Shown here piece after piece: positions 1-13,234 of a DNA stretch of 64,000 nucleotides (position 1 is its first letter; each line of letters opens with the position of its first letter). The stretch is taken from positions 310,001 to 374,000 of the forward strand of contig OZ237766.1 of assembly GCA_965178125.1 (NCBI GenBank), given 5' to 3'. The DNA comes from Bilabrum cf. latius. Lineage: Eukaryota. The notes under the pieces were generated by a model that did no database searches, was not told the DNA's origin, and worked only from the letters and a program-made list of their open reading frames with translations. Position numbers and translations under genes: made by a program.

Positions 1-1910
1 CTGATACAGGCATCGCAACACAGATATACCAATCGAAAGCATGGCCACCACAGTTCAGTCAGGCGCACCCAAGCCAGCTTCAAGCCCGTCCACGACTTGC
101 ATCAGACCAACCGGCTGATTTGCTCGCTAGCCAACCAGCATCTAGGCCTCAGTCAAAATCAGCGAGTGACCTTCACTGCTGTGTGGCATGGTGTGGAATC
201 ATTGGATGTGACACGGGCGATTTGAAGACAGACAGTATGCATGCATATCTCACGTTGTTCTTGGCCTCGATCTGCGCCCCCTTGGACAGCAACAGCTCGC
301 ACACGGATGCATGGCCATTCCTGGCAGCCTATGCGAGGGGGGTATTTCCGAACTGCGAGGGACTCATGAGGGGAGCAGACCTTAACACAGCTAGGCAGTG
401 CCCTGGTACAGGCATCGCAGCAGAAATACACCGATCGAAAGCATATCCATCACAGGCCAGTCAGGTGCACCCAAGCCAGCTCCAAGTCCATCCACGACTT
501 GCATCAAACCAACCGGCTGGCTTCCTCGCTAGCCAACACGTATCTAGGCCTCAGTCAAAAGGAGCGAGTGACCTTCACTGCCGCGTCGCATGTAGTGGAA
601 TCATTGGATGTGCCTCGGGCGATTTGAAGACAGACAGTATGCATGCATATCTCACCTTGCTCTTGGCCTCGATCTGCGCCCCCTTGGCAAGCAGCAGCTC
701 GCACACAGAGGCATGGCCCTTGGCAGCAGCCCATGCGAGGGGCGTGTCTTCATTCTGCGAGTAACTCTGGAGGGGAGCAGACCTGAACAAAGCTAGGAAG
801 GGCCCTGATACAGGCATCGCAACACAGATATACCAATCGAAAGCATGGCCACCACAGTTCAGTCAGGCGCACCCAAGCCAGCTTCAAGCCCGTCCACGCC
901 TTGCATCAGACCAACCAGCTGGTTTGATCGCTAGCCAACACGTATCTAGGCCTCAGTCAAAATCAGCGAGTGACCTTCACTGCTGTGTGGCATGGAGTGG
1001 GATCATTGGTTGTGACACGGGCGATTTGAAGACAGACAGTATGCATGCGCATCTCACCTTGTCCTTGGCCTCGATCTGCGCCCCCTTGGACAGCAGCAGC
1101 TCGCACACTGAGGCATGACCATTCAAGGCAGCATGTGCAAGGGGGGTGTCTCCATTCTGCGAATGACTCTGGAGGGGAGCAGACCTGAGCAAAGCTAGGA
1201 AGGGCCCTGGTACAGGCACCGCAGCAGAAATACACCGATCGAAAGCATATCCATCACAGGCCAGTCAGGTGCACCCAAGCCAGCTTCAAGCCCGTCCACG
1301 ACTTGCATCAGACCAACCAGCTGGTTTGATCGCTAGCCAACACGTATCTAGGCCTCAGTCAAAATCAGCGAGTGACCTTCACTGCTGTGTGGCATGGAGT
1401 GGGATCATTGGTTGTGACACGGGCGATTTGAAGACAGACAGTATGCATGCGCATCTCACCTTGTCCTTGGCCTCGATCTGCGCCCCCTTGGCCAGCAGCG
1501 GCTCACACACGGAGGCATGGCCATTCCTAGCAGCCAGTGCGAGGGGGGTGGTTCCATTCTGCGAGGGACTCATGAGGGGAGCAGACCTGAACACGACTAG
1601 GCAGGGTCCTGGTACAGGCATCGCAACACAGATATATCAATCAAAAGCATAGATACCGCAGGCCAGTAGGGTGCACCCAAGCCAGCTTCAAGCCCGTCCA
1701 CGCCTTGCATCAGACCAACCGGCTGATTTGATCGCTAGCCAACCAGCATGTAGTCCTCAGTCAAAAGGAGCGAGTGACCTTCACTGCCGTGTGGCATGGA
1801 GTATGGCCATTGGATGTGACCTGGGCGATTTGAAGACAGACGGTATGCATGCGCATCTCACCTTGTCCTTGGCCTCGATCTGCGCCCCCTTGGACAGCAG
1901 CAGCTCGCAC
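1..1910. repeat. Tandem array of ~402-bp units (99-nt ankyrin exon + ~303-nt intron), about 4.7 copies visible
   Basis: Near-identical blocks recur at 402-bp offsets (ORFs at 575, 977, 1379); some intron variants recur at 804 bp (1 vs 805, 403 vs 1207). Confidence 0.95.
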
Positions 1911-2286
1911 GCCAACTTCCAGCCGTTTGCTGCAGATTTAGCCAGTGCTGCCCACTGATGCTGCGCATCATGTCGTAATATTTTGTGATCAAATGCTCTT
2001 GTGTACCTTTACGTTGCGATGATTATGCGCAAATTCATTTATTTGCATGCATAAACCTACCTCAGCATCGTCTGTTCCCTCGATCGTAGCAACAACTTCA
2101 TCTCTGCCTAGCAATCCTTCAAGTTTTTCTTGATTGTTCAATGCATCATGCAATTCCTTTCCGAGCTAGGATAAAGGCCTGCAATAAAGGTAGAAATGAT
2201 CTAGGTGGACAACCAGTTGACATGACATCGTAGCCAAAACTCGGGTACTAGTCATGCTATGTTCTTCAAGCAAATGCACCTCACAT
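1..2286 (-). CDS. Modular ankyrin-repeat protein, paralogue 1 (multi-exon, 3' part runs off the window)
   Basis: Split start AT(2286-2285)|intron 2284-2179|G; cap exon 2178-2061; 99-nt phase-0 ankyrin exons at 1960-1862, 1558-1460, 1156-1058, 754-656, 352-254, each bounded by cag|...|gtgag and encoding e.g. NGDTPLAHAALNGHASVCELLLSKGAQIEAKDK. Two in-frame TAG. Confidence 0.85.
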
Positions 2287-2552
2287 GAAGCGAACGAAGT
2301 ATAACTCAGTATTATCCTTCCTATTTAGGCTCGTAGGCAGCTATGTCTTTGGCCGAAACCTCGGCGTCCAGCGGTGGTTCGGGCGGTTGCAACCATGCTG
2401 TTTGCCGCGCACTGCAAAAACGGAACTACTGCCCACGGGCGAACACAGCGTCTGAGTGCGAATAGATGTTGCCCCGAATCAATGGCGAACTTCGATGATA
2501 ACAATCAAATAAATAGACCTTGTCGACATGTTCAGCTCGTGCTCGGCGCCCA

Positions 2553-5500
2553 TCAGACTACACCCACCATCTTTGCTCTCACACCAGCCCCCATCCCCGC
2601 CAGGCAAGCCTCCCCCTCGGGTGCAGCCCGCTGCAGCGCACTCAGCAGCCCCAGCCCCAGCCCCCTCACCGCCCCAGCAGGCGCCCTCCAATCAGACCCC
2701 CCCCCTCCCCCCCCCCCTCCCCCTCCCCCTCCCCCCCCCGTGCACCGCTCCACCAGCATCAGCGATGCAGCCGCGTGACACCTCACACCGGCATCGTCGC
2801 ACAGCAGGCACGCCGCGATGCACTGCACCCCACCGTCCCACTGCGGCACTCGGGACAGGAACAATGGCACCGCCGCACCAGGGGCCGATGCAAAAGCACA
2901 CGCTACTCCCTATACCACACCTCCCAGACCCCCGAGCACATGCACCGCACATCGTCTCCCTGTGTCATCGCCAACATCATCACCACCGCAACAGCCCTCC
3001 CCTTCCCCCTCATCATCCCCCTCCTATTCTCCTCCCACCGCCACCAAATGAGGCATCATATCTTCGACTCCGATCGATTTCGCCACCTCCAACGCACGAT
3101 GCACCACCTCATCCGATCCAGCCCCACCCATACTTTGCCTGCCCCTCTCCACCGACCCCCGTCCAGCACCGAACGAAGGCGCCTTCAGCGCATCCACCGC
3201 ACTCGTCACACTCCCCATCCCCAGCGCAAGCACCGCAGCGCCCACCCGCCGCCTCCACACATCCACTCCCACCCCCACCCCCCCTTCCCCCCCCTGCGAA
3301 TCCCCCCCCACCACCCCCCTGCACTCCCCCGCCGCCACACGAGCCGCCTCCACCAGCGCACCCTCTAGCCTCGCACTCGCTCTCGCCCGCCTCTGGGGAT
3401 GCACCGCGATCCAGCGAGCCAGGTCACAAGCAGCAGCACTACCACCCCCTACACCTGCACCAACCGATGCTGAAGCTTCCGTGATGAAACCAGCGCTGGC
3501 CAGCAGCAGCCCGCGCGGCACCTCATCGATCGGAGCAAATGCATCACGGGAGACTGGCGACGACGATGCGCCAGCCGAGGAGGAAGACAAAGCCCCACCT
3601 GCAGCAGCAGCACTTCCACCGCCACCCCTGCCCCCACTCGTCACACCGGAAGCCTATCCACGGCCCCTCCCCCTGGCCTTCCTGGCGGCAGGGGCCAGAC
3701 CGGCCACGGACCCGCACACCATCAGCTGACCCAGCCAGTGCTGCTCCGTGGCCGATCGGAGCCATGCCTCACCAAACCGCAGCCCGCTGTCCAGCTGGTC
3801 TGCCAGTGGTGCGTCCAGGCAAGCACTCGTCACACCCCTCGGCGCCCTGGCGCGCAGGATCCGCCGGAGCTGGTCCGCCGCGCGATACTGCTCGTGGGTG
3901 GTTCCGCTGGATTGCGCGGCGTCCTGTCCGGGACCCACCGATGCTCCCATTGTACCCTTGTATCCATCGACCTCAAAATGCGCGGCGCCCCCCAGTTCCG
4001 CTCTCGCCCTGCCCACGGCCTCGTCAAGCGCGAGCGATGCCTCCTCCACGGTGGGGCCCACGCCCTGCTCATCTGCGGAACCGGCGCCGCGCTTGGATGA
4101 AGATGAGGATGCTGCCGACTTGCTACGATCCCCACCACCACCGCCGACCGTTCTATTGCCCCTGTCGCTGCCACCAGCACCGGCACCAGCAGAGTGCGGC
4201 AGTGCAGGCGGCACTGCCACCAGCGCGGCTTCCTTCCTCATGCCCTGCGGAGAAATCGAGAGTTTCCCCGCACTGACGTCAGCAGCCACGTCCCACCACT
4301 CCTGCCTCTCCGCAAACAGCGGATTCGTGCACCCGGCCACAAAGCCTCCCCCCGTTGAAAGGAACCCAGTGTCCGACAGAGACACGTACGGATACACTCG
4401 TTCGCTCACCCCCTCCAGCAACCCCCCCGCTGCCGCCCCCAGCCCGAGCACCAGCTCGCACAACTCCCTCGCAGGCCGTCCCTTGCCGCCCACCACCAGC
4501 ACACGGCGGCCCGATGCCACGGATCGGATCAAACTTGCGGAACCGGCGCCGCCGAACGCCCTCACGAGTGCGGCCAGGCTGCCGTTGCACGCCACGTCTG
4601 GCTCCAAGGATGGGTCCCGGGTGCATCGCACTGCAGCGGCCAATTTCCGACCCATGCCCTTGCCGCCCGCAGTGCCAGCTGCACCTGCATGCGATGCACC
4701 CAAACTAGATGCAGACGGTCTCGCCGGACCATCCGACGTGAGGTCCGCTGCCAGCATCATCTCGCGGTCCCACAGACGGCGAACCTTCACGAACCTCTCT
4801 CTGACCCCAGGCACTTTGGCGCAGTGCGGCAGCGAAGGGGTCCGCCCCGGCAGCGGAACCTACCCCCGCGCCGCGCATCGCGCCACCCAGTCGTCTTCCG
4901 GATTCGCCCCCGGCCCGGGCAGCAGAGGGGCAGCGAGGGCGGAGACGGTTGCAACCGACAGTGCCTCGAACAGCCACCGGGCCACAGACGGCGCCGCGGC
5001 GTCAGCGCCTACAGAACCAACCGAGCCGCGGCTGTCCCTGCGACCGAGCCCGCCGTCTGAGGTTCCGCTGGATCGCGCGGCGCCGCCCGCCATCAGGCTC
5101 CTTCTGTCCTCGTGCCACGTCCCTAGCGCGTCTCTCACAGCGGGCAGCATGGCATCTACCCAGGGAACAGTGGCACACACGGCCAGTGCGAGCATCTCGG
5201 CTCCCCTTGGGCAGTTGGGGTCGCGCCGGGTGCGGCAAACGGAGGCGCAATAGACTTTGCTGCGGGGCCTCGCGTGACCGCTGCCCACTATGTGTTGCAA
5301 CTCTACTCCAGATTGCGATGCATCTTCAAGCTTACTAGCACTTGATGCGGATGACCCAGAGTCTGAAATACCATCGCTAATACCCGAAGTTGGCGGCGGG
5401 CTGGGCTTGTCTGGACTTGCTCGGTTCGAAGCAGGTGCCCGAGGTTCGGGACTGCCAAGCAACCGAGGAGCATGAAGGGTGGCATCGCCCCTCGTTCTGC

Positions 5501-5870
5501 TTTTGGACTTCCGATTTGATTTCCCTGTACTTCGTTTGCTTGCTTCCGAGCTCGCTCCTCCTGCGGCTGAAGTGCGTGTTTCACTGGATGAGACGGGCGA
5601 TCGAGACCGGCCCGCACTGACACCACCACCCGCCACGGGCCAACCCTTTGCTTGAAACTCATCCGCAAATGATTCGGCCGGTAGGATAAAATATGTCGAG
5701 TCTTCATCTTCCTGGTGCCCGCCTTCTGGCAGCATCAGCTCTGCAACTGAACTTGAATCAATCCCGGCCGGGAGTACTGTCGGTTCACACGCATCCAGAA
5801 CGCTCCCACGACGAATATCGAAACGGGCGGCGAACACCCTTAGAATCGGCCAGCCTTCTGGAACTGACAT
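2553..5870 (-). CDS. AFI1: Afi1/MesA-like (DENN-related) protein with N-terminal Afi1 and SPA domains
   Basis: RVFAARFDIRRGS...AELMLPEGGH...STYFIL (Afi1-like) and RVYPYVSLS...GFVAGCTNPLF...WWDVAADV (SPA-like). ORFs 4860-5924, 3654-4814, 3024-3644 and 2553-2870 share one frame, joined through 4 TAG; ends TGA. First in-frame ATG at 5870. Confidence 0.8.
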
Positions 5871-6269
5871 GCCACCGGTTGCTGCAGCCAAAACTGTGTC
5901 CACGAATTCCCTGGGATCCAGCACGTCTTTGAGCCGGTGAGGTGCTTACGAATATTACTTGAAGGCCAATATAATAGGAATAATAGGCAGGGGACTCCTT
6001 CACTTGCAGTAGACTTGGAAATTTTATTCGGTGGATCCGCTGCTGACCGAACCTTCGCTAGTGAATTCGAAACGTTCGGCGTTTCGCAGCACAGCCACCC
6101 AGGTCCCCATTTGGGTGCAGCAAGGCCAATGTTGAGGTAAGATCTCTACAATAGCTCCAGCCCTGGATAGTGAACAAATGAAATGCTACGCGTTGACCAT
6201 GCAATGCACGATAATGTTTTGTTTCGTGCCGATACGCGCGAACATGCTGCTGCCAGCTTCTGCCCATCG

Positions 6270-9200
6270 ATGAACCGGCGATACCATCGACCCCTCGCTC
6301 ACCGCAGAAGGGCAGTATCGACGGCTGCCAGGCGGTTTAACACAAATACTCGTATGTTTGGAAGCTCTGCTAGGCGTATGGAGCGCGTTCTCGCAACAGA
6401 CCCCTTGGACAAGGCCGCTGCAGACATCCTGATTTCCAGGGGCCACGAAGTTGAGCTCTGGCCGTCCAGTCGTTCGCAAGAAGAAGTCATTGAGGCCGTC
6501 AAGGGATACGACGCCCTAGTTGTACGTAGGTAAGACGGGGTATACTCGCATATCGGCTCTTCGTGTAGTGCTAGCGGGTGCGATTCAGAAGCGTGCGACA
6601 CGTCTTGTGCCCGGCCTTGCAACTTGCCTTCGCAGTGGAACCCAGGTCACAAAGGAGGTGATTGATGCTGGTGATTCTTTGAAGATTATTGGCAGGGCTG
6701 GAACCGGGATTGACAACATTGATGTAGCCTCAGCCACCGAGAAGTGAGACGTGCCATTTGACTGCCGGATTATCGATTTGCGTCGCATCATGCACGCTTG
6801 TTTCGTTCGACCCCAGTGACACACTCCCATGCGTGCATGCCATTGATGCCATTTGGCGGCCCATGTCGGTCCAAATGCGTGGTGGGAGGGATTGCCGCCC
6901 GGTTGAGTTGCATCCACGCAAGGCGGAACAGTTGGGCTACGTTGCGAGGCAGTCGGCTTCATACAACGAATACTGCCCGTGCACAATTTCGAATGTATCG
7001 AATTTGCTAACCATAGTGCGCTAGGGCCTACGTATCGGCCTTAAAAGCCGGTCGTCGCACGCGGACCGCATTTTCACTCGTCACACAGTACCGTATCACG
7101 CAAGGCTCGCCACACCTCTTTCCATCGACCACTCGCTCCATCGCAGGGGCATCCTCGTGATGAACACTCCTGGAGGGAACACGCGAGCCGCCGCCGAGCT
7201 GGCCATCACGCTCATCATGGCGGTGGCCAGGCAGCTGCCCCAGGCCGTGGCATCGGTCAAGGAAGGCCGCTGGGACCGGAAGCTTTACATGGGCAGCGAG
7301 GTAGCGGGCAAGACCATCGGCGTGGTGGGCCTGGGGAGAATCGGCCTGGAGGTGGCGGAGTGGTGCAGGGGCGCGGGCATGGAGGTGGTGGGATTCGACC
7401 CGGTGCTCTCCAAGGCGGCGGCAGCAGAGGCAGGGATCGAGCTGCTTCCGCTCGAGGCACTGCTCTCGAGGAGCGATTTCATCTCTCTGCACTGCCCTTT
7501 GACCGCCGACACCAAGCACCTGATTGGGAGGGAGAGCCTGGCCCAGTGCAAGAAGGGGGTGCGGGTCATCAACTGCGCGCGGGGGGGGGTGGTGGACGAG
7601 GAGGCTCTTCTCGAGGGCATCAAGTCGGGGCACGTGGGCGGCGCGGCCCTGGATGTGTTCGAGTCCGAGCCTCCCACGGGGGCCGCCGCCGAGCTGGTGC
7701 AGCACCCCCTGGTGGTTGCAACCCCCCACCTGGGTGCCTCGACCCATGAGGCGCAGCTCACCGTGGCCAAGGCGGTTGCAACCCAGATCGCAGATGCCTT
7801 CGAGCATGGCAGGTACGTCGGCGTGGTGAACGCCTCGTTCATGGACCAGCTCAAGAAACCGGAACTTGTTCCCTACCTCTCCATCGCCGAGAGGCTTGGC
7901 CAGCTGCAGGCACAGCTCCTGCCCGGGGCACAACAGGTCAAGCAGCTCAGGGTGAGGCTGCAGGGGCCCGCCGTGGGGGAGCCTTCCGTGGCACAGGCCA
8001 TCAAAACTGCCGTCACGAAGGGCTTCCTGTCCTCCTTGTCCGCCAACTATGACGTGAACATGATCAACGCGGGCCAGGTCGCCAAGAGGGCCGGCCTGTC
8101 CGTGCAGGAGCTGACCAACGACTCGTCCTCCGGGACCTATTCCAACCTAATCACCGTGGAGGTGGACTCGTCTGACGCACAGGGCCAGCGGGGCGCCTCC
8201 CTCAGCGGCGCCGTCCTGAGCGGCGACCAGACCAGGCTCGTGGACGTGGATGGGTTCAGGGTGGACATCGACCCAGCGGGGCACATGCTCTTCTTCGAGA
8301 ACAAAGACAAGCCGGGCGTGCTGCGGGACCTGACCTCCGTGCTTGGGGAGGCTGGCGTGAACATCGCGTACTTTGGCCTGGGGAGGCACGAGGCAGGGGG
8401 CGAGGCGCTCGGGGTGGTGCAGCTCGATTCGAGTGTGAACGACGCCGTGCTGCAGCAGCTATCCGGAATCGATAACATGGAGCAGATCCGGCCGGTGCGG
8501 GTCACCGACGAGCGCGGCGCGGGCCGCATCCGGGCGGGGTCCCCTTACGATTCCGAGTCCACGGCCGAGGGCGGGCCCAGGCTGACCGTGCCGTCCTCTG
8601 CCGTGCGCAAGCCCGCGGCCCGCCCCGTGAGCCCCCAGTTCTCCTCCGGACCCACCAAGAAACGGCCCGGGTGGAACCTGAGCGCACTGGTGGACGCCGC
8701 GACCGGCAGGTCACACCGTTCCAAGATCGGCAAGGCGAAGCTGCGCGAGGCTATCGACGTGACTAGGAGGCTGCTTGACGTGCCCGATGACTACCGCGTG
8801 GGGGTGGTGCCCGCCTCCGACACAGGGGCCTATGAGATGGCCATGTGGACGATGCTGGGACAGAGGCCGGTGGATGTCTTCCACTGGGAGTCCTTCGGGA
8901 AGGGTTGGATGGGGGACGCTGGATCTCACCTTGGGCTCGAGGAGACCGGCCTGCGTGAGTTCAGCGCGCCGTACGGCGAGCTGCCCGACCTCTCGCAGGC
9001 TGACTGGAGCCATGACGTGTGCTTCACGTGGAACGGGACCACCAGCGGAGTAAAGGTCCCGAACGGAGATTGGATTCCGGATGATCGTGAGGGGCTGTCG
9101 TTCTGCGACGCGACCTCTGCCGTGTTTGCGCAGCACGTGCCCGTGCACAAAACCGACGTGCTGACGTATTCCTGGCAGAAGGTGCTGGGCGGCGAGGCGG

Positions 9201-9748
9201 CCCACGGTATGCTCATCCTATCCCCCCGTGCGGTGGATAGGCTTGAGACCTTCACTCCCCCCAACCGACCCCTGCCCAAGATCTTCAGGCTCACCAAGAA
9301 AGGCAAGCTGACTGAGGACGTTTTCAAGGGGGCCACTATCAACACGCCTTCGATGCTGTGCGTAGAGGATTACTTGGATGCTCTCCGGTGGGCGGAAGAC
9401 ATGGGCGGGGTGGACGGGCTGGTGCAGAGGGCCGACGGGAACCTGGCAGTGCTGCAGCGGTTCGTGGACGAGACGCCTTGGGCGAGTTTCCTGGCCAAGG
9501 AGCCGTCGACCATGAGCAACACGAGCGTGTGCCTGAACGTGGAGCTACCGGCCGACAAGATCAAGGCCATGGTTAGCCTGCTCGACGCCGAGGGAGTGGC
9601 CTACGACATCGGTGCTTACAGGGACGCCCCGCCAGGACTGCGTATCTGGTGCGGTGCCACGGTCGAGGCGAGCGACCTCGAAGCGCTCGTCCCGTGGCTT
9701 AAGTGGGCCTACAATGTCGTGTCCAGCGAGCCCGCCGAGAAGCCGTGA
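6270..9748 (+). CDS. PHGDH-PSAT: D-3-phosphoglycerate dehydrogenase (with ACT domain) fused to phosphoserine aminotransferase
   Basis: Exons ~6270-6529, 6636-6743, 7147-9748 (GT-AG introns rebuild VVRSGT and TEKGILVMN). Motifs [39 protein letters not shown] (ACT), then [40 protein letters not shown]. Start uncertain (6183/6270/6354). Ends TGA. Confidence 0.93.
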
Positions 9749-10108
9749 GTCTTACGGTTTTTTTGGCTTCGTTTTACAGATGAACGTGGGCCCGTTGCAC
9801 AGATATACCATGAAACGTATCTATTGTCTGGCATTCGGAAGACTGCAAATTCGGTGACTTCACAGACGCACACGATAGGGAGTCCTGGGAGCAAGGCTCA
9901 GAGTACATGATAAAATCTGGATCTATGGATCTAGATACGTATAGGCGGCAGCTATCTCTTATGCCCAGACAGCGGCGTTGCAAATCTAGCGACCTGTGCC
10001 CAACTGCAAGTACGAATAACGCCGGTACCTAGCCGACGTTTCTCGTTATTGTTTGTGCTGGGCTATCCGTTTTATTCAGACTATTTAATCAAATCGGCCT
10101 GAAATGCG

Positions 10109-13100
10109 TCACTGCTAGCCTACTGGCAGCCCCTTCGCATGGATCAGCGTGAGCATGTCCACTTCCATCTGGTTCCGGGGCGGCCTACCTCCCTTCAACG
10201 GCGTCAAATGCCGTTTCCGGAGGTTGGTCAAGTAGTTCTTAATGCTCTGGGTCGGCAGCTTCGTTTGCTCCGCCAGCAACACTTTGGTGTCGGCATCTGG
10301 GTACGGCCGGTGCAGGTGAGCCACCACCCACGCGAGCAGCGTTTCAATGGCCTCCTCCGGGAGGAGCTGCTCGCCCTTGCTTTTCCTGCCTCGCTTCACC
10401 ATGCGATCCACCCGGACGACGCCTCCCTCCAATAGCGTCTGCGCTCGTTCGCTCTGCCGAATAAACGCCCGGCCCTGGTCGTTGCACGCGAACGACAGCG
10501 CAGTCCCGTCAAACTCCCCTCCACCGGCCGTGCCCATGCCGTGTTGATCCTATGATGAACCGGAAATCGGCATCACGGATTCACCAGGCAGCCGGCCGCT
10601 CATTCTCTTTCCCGAACCGCCTGATTTCCCTCTCGGCTTCGGTGGCCTACTGGTGGAAGCACTTCGAGTCAAGTCTCCCTTGCCCCTGCCACTGCCCTTG
10701 CCCTTGCCACTGCCCTTGGCCACATCATCATCACCACCAACACCATCGCCGGCCCTGCCTCTGCTACTAGACAATCTCCCCACTCGCCGACCGGCACGCC
10801 CAGCGCGACGACGGCCTCGATTGCGGCCGATTGCTGCCAGGGCGGTCCATTCCTCGTCCTCCTCATCCTCGTCCTCGTCCTCCAAATCATCCTCGTCCTC
10901 CAAATCATCCTCAACCTCCTAATCATCCATGGCTTCCCCCTACTCTTCGTCATCTTCCGAGCTGAAATCGCCATGTCTGCGATTGCCAGATCGCACCCTT
11001 TTCGGTTGTTGGCGGCGGCTAGCTCGACCTCGACCGCTCCTCCTCCTACCATCCCCGTCATCATCCCCTTCGTAGTACTCGCCGTCCTCGCGGTCCCCCC
11101 TTCGGCGCTTGCGACCAGCGCCCCCACTCGTCACACCACCTTCCACCCGGACCGTCCTCCGCAGCACCTTCCCGTCCTTAAGCCTGCCCCCCCTAGGGGG
11201 AGGGAGACGGACCCCCCCCTGGCGATGGGGAGCTCCAGCCTGCAAGGGCTGCTGCTGCTGCTGCTGGTGACGTGCCATGGATGAAGACGAAGATGAAAAC
11301 TGAGACCCTCGTGCCGGACTATAGCCATGGAGCTAAGGCACGTCCTCGATTCCATGTGACGAGTGCCACCCGGAGCCGGAAAGGCCCATCCCGTGGGGGC
11401 TGGGCATCTGCATGAGGCTGCTGACGCCTGGCGACTGGAGCCAGCCGTCCTGGGGTGCACTGCCTTGCAGCACACCAGCGTGCATTGGGTCGTCTGCGGT
11501 CGGGGCCTGGCCAGGTGCACCACCGTGCAGTGCACCCGTCCCGCTCGGCCTCCCCTGCTGCAGGCTGCCGTCGCTCGCGGTGGACTCGTGCGAAAGGTGC
11601 ATCGCACTGCTGCGCGGATACTGCACCGCCGCGCGCTGCATCGACTGGGCCCGATCGCCATGATAGCCCATGCTGTGATGCTGCTGCTGCTGCATCATGG
11701 CCTGCACCTGCATGCCGTGCACCTGCATGCCGTGCAGCTGTTGCAGCCCAGCGTGGTGCATAGCGGCAGCCTGAGGGGGACACGGAGCGTACCAAACCAC
11801 GGGCATCGGCACCGCAGTGCCGTGCATGTTACCCCCCATCCCGGCATAGGGTCCCACCGTTCCGCCAGACATTTGTCTGCCACTGCCGTGCACTGCACCC
11901 GCCAGGCTGCTGGACTCGCTCTCCGCTGATGGGCCCAGCCCGCCCTTCAGCTGCTGATGCTGCTGAGTGCTCCCGGACCGCCCCGCACTAACTGCGACTC
12001 GACTAGTGCGCGACCCACGCTGCGTGGGGCTGATGTTCCCCGGGGAATGGTAACGCTGGTCTTCCGGGCTGCTACCGTGCGATGCACCCCCACCCGTCGG
12101 CTGGTGGTAGCCCACGAGGGGCTGCGGGTGGGTGCCCATCACACTCGTCACACCCATGCGACGGGGTATGATGGTGTGACGAGTGACTCGGTTGGCAGAC
12201 ACTCCGAATCCCGTGGGGGGCGGGGGCAGGTGCCGGCCGATGCCACGCCCCGCATCGCCGTAAGATGAGGCGGCGACCGCTCCGGTTGCAACCGAATCAT
12301 CGGGCATCCCTCCGGATGAAGATGCATAGGTGTGACGACGATCAACAATGGATGCTCCCGAGCCCAATGCGGCAGAAACCCCCACGGGTCCATCCGGGTG
12401 CCGCTGCACGTGCTCAGCCCCCGTGTCATCGTGGTGCTGCGGGTCTGATTCGCTCTCCCACTCTCGGGAGCTGCCCGCCGTGGCCGCCGTGGGCTCACTC
12501 GTCACACCGTGAGAGCTCTCCGCGTGCTCCACGGGTGCTGTGGGGGCAATTCTCGCAGGCGAGAGTCCCAGGCCCCCCTGCCCCGACCCCTGCTGCCCGT
12601 CGGGATGACTGCCAGTGCCCCTCGTCCTGGCCGATTTCCTCCTGCGCTGCGCCGCGCCCTCCGCCCTGGCATCCACCCTTCGATCATGCGTGTTGGCCGA
12701 TGCATGGGTGTGACGAGTGCTGGACCCACCTGAGCTGCCCTCCATCCCGCTGGTCGAGTGGAGGGCGGAGAGAGCGGCCGGTTCGCCGTCGCACGCAACG
12801 CCACCTGCTTTGGCACCGCTCGCGCTTCCTGTCCTTTTAGCGGCGGAAGATCCGAGAGCAACAATAGATTCAGCGGATGGTTCTTCTTGTGTGACTGCAA
12901 ATTGCAACTGCGTTGCATTGCTGCTTTCCTGCTGCCTTCTGGTTGCTGCGGACGAGCGAGCATCACCGGTTCCGAGGCTGCTCGCACCTCGGTGTCCTTC
13001 CGTCCTGCGGCGTTTTCGCGCCTAACGGGCCATGACTGCATCATTTACGGAAATGCCACCTATGGCTAGTAGCTGCGCAGATGATGGAATTCGATTTCGC

Positions 13101-13234
13101 TGCTGAGCGGCCTCGAGTGCTGCTACCACGCCGTGCTCAAAGCTTGCTTGCGCGGCCGGTCGCTGCTGACCAGTTGAGCAAACATGCGAAATTCTCCGCC
13201 CTTGATTGAGCTGCGTGCTGCTGTCTGCGTTCAT
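10109..13234 (-). CDS. TALE-class homeodomain transcription factor, long low-complexity N-terminus
   Basis: C-terminal LPEEAIETLLAWVVAHLHRPYPDADTKVLLAEQTKLPTQSIKNYLTNLRKR. One frame from ATG 13234 through TAG at 13022, 11333, 10940, 10919, 10550, 10115 to TGA 10109. Confidence 0.82.

Noticed and set aside
1-1910. CRISPR-like or plain satellite array
   Set aside because: Units are 402-bp exon-intron modules with splice sites, not short repeats with unique spacers.
2374-5253. Long plus-strand Pro-rich ORFs (e.g. 2528-3484, 3748-5253)
   Set aside because: Antisense shadows of the GC-rich Afi1 gene; the same applies to most overlapping ORFs in the track.
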